From positions 1 to 39,648 of IMG/VR virus record IMGVR_UViG_3300027749_000231: DNA of 39,648 nt, one strand, 5' to 3'. Position numbers and translations under genes: made by a program. The notes under the pieces are model-generated. The model made no database searches. It was not told the DNA's origin and worked only from the letters and a program-made list of their open reading frames with translations. This DNA is from a virus. Lineage: Duplodnaviria > Caudoviricetes. Positions 37,689 through 39,648 of this stretch are shown one piece after another; position 1 is the first letter of the stretch, and every line of letters begins with the position of its first letter.

Positions 37689-39648
37689 ATGACTGTTTCT
37701 ATTGTTTCATTTACAGGATATATTAATAACGGCACTAATGGGGTTGCTGGTACTACACTAACAGTTTCAGTAATATCCTCCGGAACAATTGCATTAGGCA
37801 TGGCTATTTCAGACGTTACTAATTCAATCAGTGCCAATACACGTATCATATCTCAACTAACCGGAACAACTGGCAGTACTGGAACTTACCAAGTAACTGT
37901 TAGTCAAACATCGGGAACAAGTTCTGTCAAACTGAATATTACTGGAACTTCCGCTGCTAAAATACTTGCAAGCGATTACAATATATTACAATCAAAATTA
38001 GCATTGGTAATGTCTAACGGATCAGGAAGATTTGGTTACGGACAAATATCTCCAAGATATACCAGTTCTCAAATATCAGGCAATCCTGTTATTACCGCTA
38101 ATCAGTGGTCAAAATTAAGAGATGATACCACAAAGGCATACTATCATCAAGGTTCACTCGGCAATTTAACAATACCAATTGTTCCTGTAAAAAGCAACAC
38201 AATTACTGGAACAGATTATGCACTGTATGCAAATTTAATACAGTCAGTTTTTAATAACGTAAATGTTACACCGCCTGCTGGCCAAGCCAGTCTTGTGACA
38301 TTCCCGCAAGCAACTCGCACTAGTTCGTGGAATGGTACTGTATATCATACAGTGACCTTAACATTTCCTACTTCAGCTGATGCTAGATATTATTTTAATT
38401 CCGGTAGCAATTTTCAATTTAGTGCTAGTCTAATCAACTATCCTGGTTACCCAGGATACACACAAGGTCCGGACGCCTCTTATGCAAAAGATAGTGATTG
38501 GAACATGTTGTTATCCAACATGAGAAAAATTACTTTTGATATTTCAGGCACTACTTCAACTGGGTCTTATACAACTATTGGATCTAGTATTGGTTTCTAT
38601 CAATTAACTACTACTCCGCAAAACATTTTTCAAAAGAAAACATCTAGCCCGTCATATACTAATAACCAATATGATATACTAGCTAGTATAGATGGTACCG
38701 GCAGAATCTTAACTTTTAGCATACAGTTTGCAGATCTTTCTGGTGGTAATGTGGACGAAAGTGTTGAAGGTACACTAACAAGTACTGTACAGGCTTATTA
38801 TTCCACTGGCACCAACGTTCAAGTTAGCCTACCTAGTCATAGTTCTACAATTACAGGCGGAGTAATAGTAGCTCCTTCGTCAACATACTTTATTACACCT
38901 GTTACAAATAGTGTCAATGAAGGTGCCAGTTTAACAGTTAATGTAACAGGATCATTAATTATTGATGATACTTACTACTGGACCATTAATAATAACACAA
39001 CAAGTTCAGCTGATTTTTCAGCAACATCTGGATCATTCAGTATTGTAAGTAATTCTGGCTCGTTTGTAATATCGCCAACAGCTGATGTGTTAACCGAGGG
39101 TGCGGAAACATTTACAGTATCAATTCGTTCTACTAGTATTACTGGATCAGTATTGGCTACAAGTTCAACTATTACTATCAATGATACCAGTGTTGCTCCT
39201 CCACCGCCACCCCCAGCGGTAACGACTTTAAGTTATGATGTATCATCAGTTAATGAAGGTAGTTCAGTTACGCTAACGGCAAGAAATGTTAGTCCAGACG
39301 GAACTTATTATTGGACTATATTACATGGAACTACATCTAGTGCTGATTTTTCAGCAACATCCGGATCATTTGCAGTATCAAGCGGAACAGGAACATTTAG
39401 TATAACGCCAACAGCTGATAGTTTGACTGAAGGTGCAGAAACATTCCAAGTGCAAATTAGAAATGTTTCAATTAGCGGGTCAATTCTAGCAACTTGTTCT
39501 CTCATAACAATTAACGACACCAGCTTAAATCCTCCTGCGGTTATAACTGCACACGGATTTAGTTCTGGAAATTCCGCAGTTGAAGGCAATAGTATAACAT
39601 ACAGTGGTACATTTGGTGGTACTATAATTGGTAGTCCGTATGCTATTA
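37689..39648 (+). CDS. 3'-truncated virion/adhesin-like protein (at least 653 aa) with tandem Calx-beta/Ig-like repeats; absent from the ORF track
   Basis: ATG at 37689 after AAGG, reading MTVSIVSFTGYINNGTNGVAGTTLTVS.... The repeats at 38910 and 39246 (SVNEG...YYWTI...ADF...TADxLTEGAETF...ITINDTS) are in the same frame, and I saw no stop before the window end. Confidence 0.8.
   Translation, partial: MTVSIVSFTGYINNGTNGVAGTTLTVSVISSGTIALGMAISDVTNSISANTRIISQLTGTTGSTGTYQVTVSQTSGTSSVKLNITGTSAAKILASDYNILQSKLALVMSNGSGRFGYGQISPRYTSSQISGNPVITANQWSKLRDDTTKAYYHQGSLGNLTIPIVPVKSNTITGTDYALYANLIQSVFNNVNVTPPAGQASLVTFPQATRTSSWNGTVYHTVTLTFPTSADARYYFNSGSNFQFSASLINYPGYPGYTQGPDASYAKDSDWNMLLSNMRKITFDISGTTSTGSYTTIGSSIGFYQLTTTPQNIFQKKTSSPSYTNNQYDILASIDGTGRILTFSIQFADLSGGNVDESVEGTLTSTVQAYYSTGTNVQVSLPSHSSTITGGVIVAPSSTYFITPVTNSVNEGASLTVNVTGSLIIDDTYYWTINNNTTSSADFSATSGSFSIVSNSGSFVISPTADVLTEGAETFTVSIRSTSITGSVLATSSTITINDTSVAPPPPPPAVTTLSYDVSSVNEGSSVTLTARNVSPDGTYYWTILHGTTSSADFSATSGSFAVSSGTGTFSITPTADSLTEGAETFQVQIRNVSISGSILATCSLITINDTSLNPPAVITAHGFSSGNSAVEGNSITYSGTFGGTIIGSPYAI
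38910..39525 (+). repeat. Two tandem ~112-aa Calx-beta-like coding repeats joined by a polyproline linker
   Basis: Units start at 38910 and 39246. Near-identical DNA GCTGATTTTTCAGCAACATCYGGATCATT at 39009 and 39342. Linker APPPPPPA. Confidence 0.8.

Noticed and set aside
38910-39525. Diversity-generating retroelement TR/VR pair
   Set aside because: Both copies are in-frame coding domains, the differences are not confined to adenines, and no reverse transcriptase is present.
1312-39589. Short antisense or nested ORFs in the track (e.g. 1312-1656, 3772-4056, 5409-5867, 5504-5809, 8089-8370, 11603-11911, 30389-30730, 33110-33622, 38975-39181, 39308-39589)
   Set aside because: Each is a shadow of a well-supported longer gene, with no motif or RBS support.
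1-39648. Stop-codon reassignment, as in some large phages
   Set aside because: Very long ORFs are intact in the standard code, and TAA, TGA and TAG all appear as plausible gene ends.
1-39648. tRNA genes, inteins, IS elements, integrase
   Set aside because: I saw no cloverleaf/T-loop signature in the few intergenic gaps, no intein splice motifs in gp46/gp47/gp55, and no transposase or recombinase ORF. This was checked by eye only.

Overview
This window is a gene-dense, AT-rich fragment of a large T4-superfamily-like (probably jumbo) myovirus genome read in the standard genetic code. It opens with the 3' end of a gp26-like baseplate/tail-assembly gene that appears to be extended by a programmed -1 frameshift into an unannotated gp51-like frame. 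A minus-strand block follows: gp55-like late sigma factor, gp47/gp46 (Mre11/Rad50-like) nuclease, two small ORFs, a stand-alone GIY-YIG nuclease, a ~440-nt densely structured non-coding region and a 401-aa late protein. From 6830 to the end is a plus-strand late baseplate/tail-fibre cluster (tube-cap-like, gp53, hub, gp5, gp25, gp6, a 5024-aa giant, a 203-aa protein, three paralogous fibres, and a final adhesin-like ORF that runs off the window and is missing from the ORF track). The most notable observations are the GIY-YIG gene with its downstream structured RNA-like element, the frameshift signal with a 15-bp stimulatory stem, a tripartite late-promoter motif, and a sigma70 promoter for gp55 that overlaps a divergent late promoter. 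All protein assignments come from motif recognition and synteny by eye, not from database searches.
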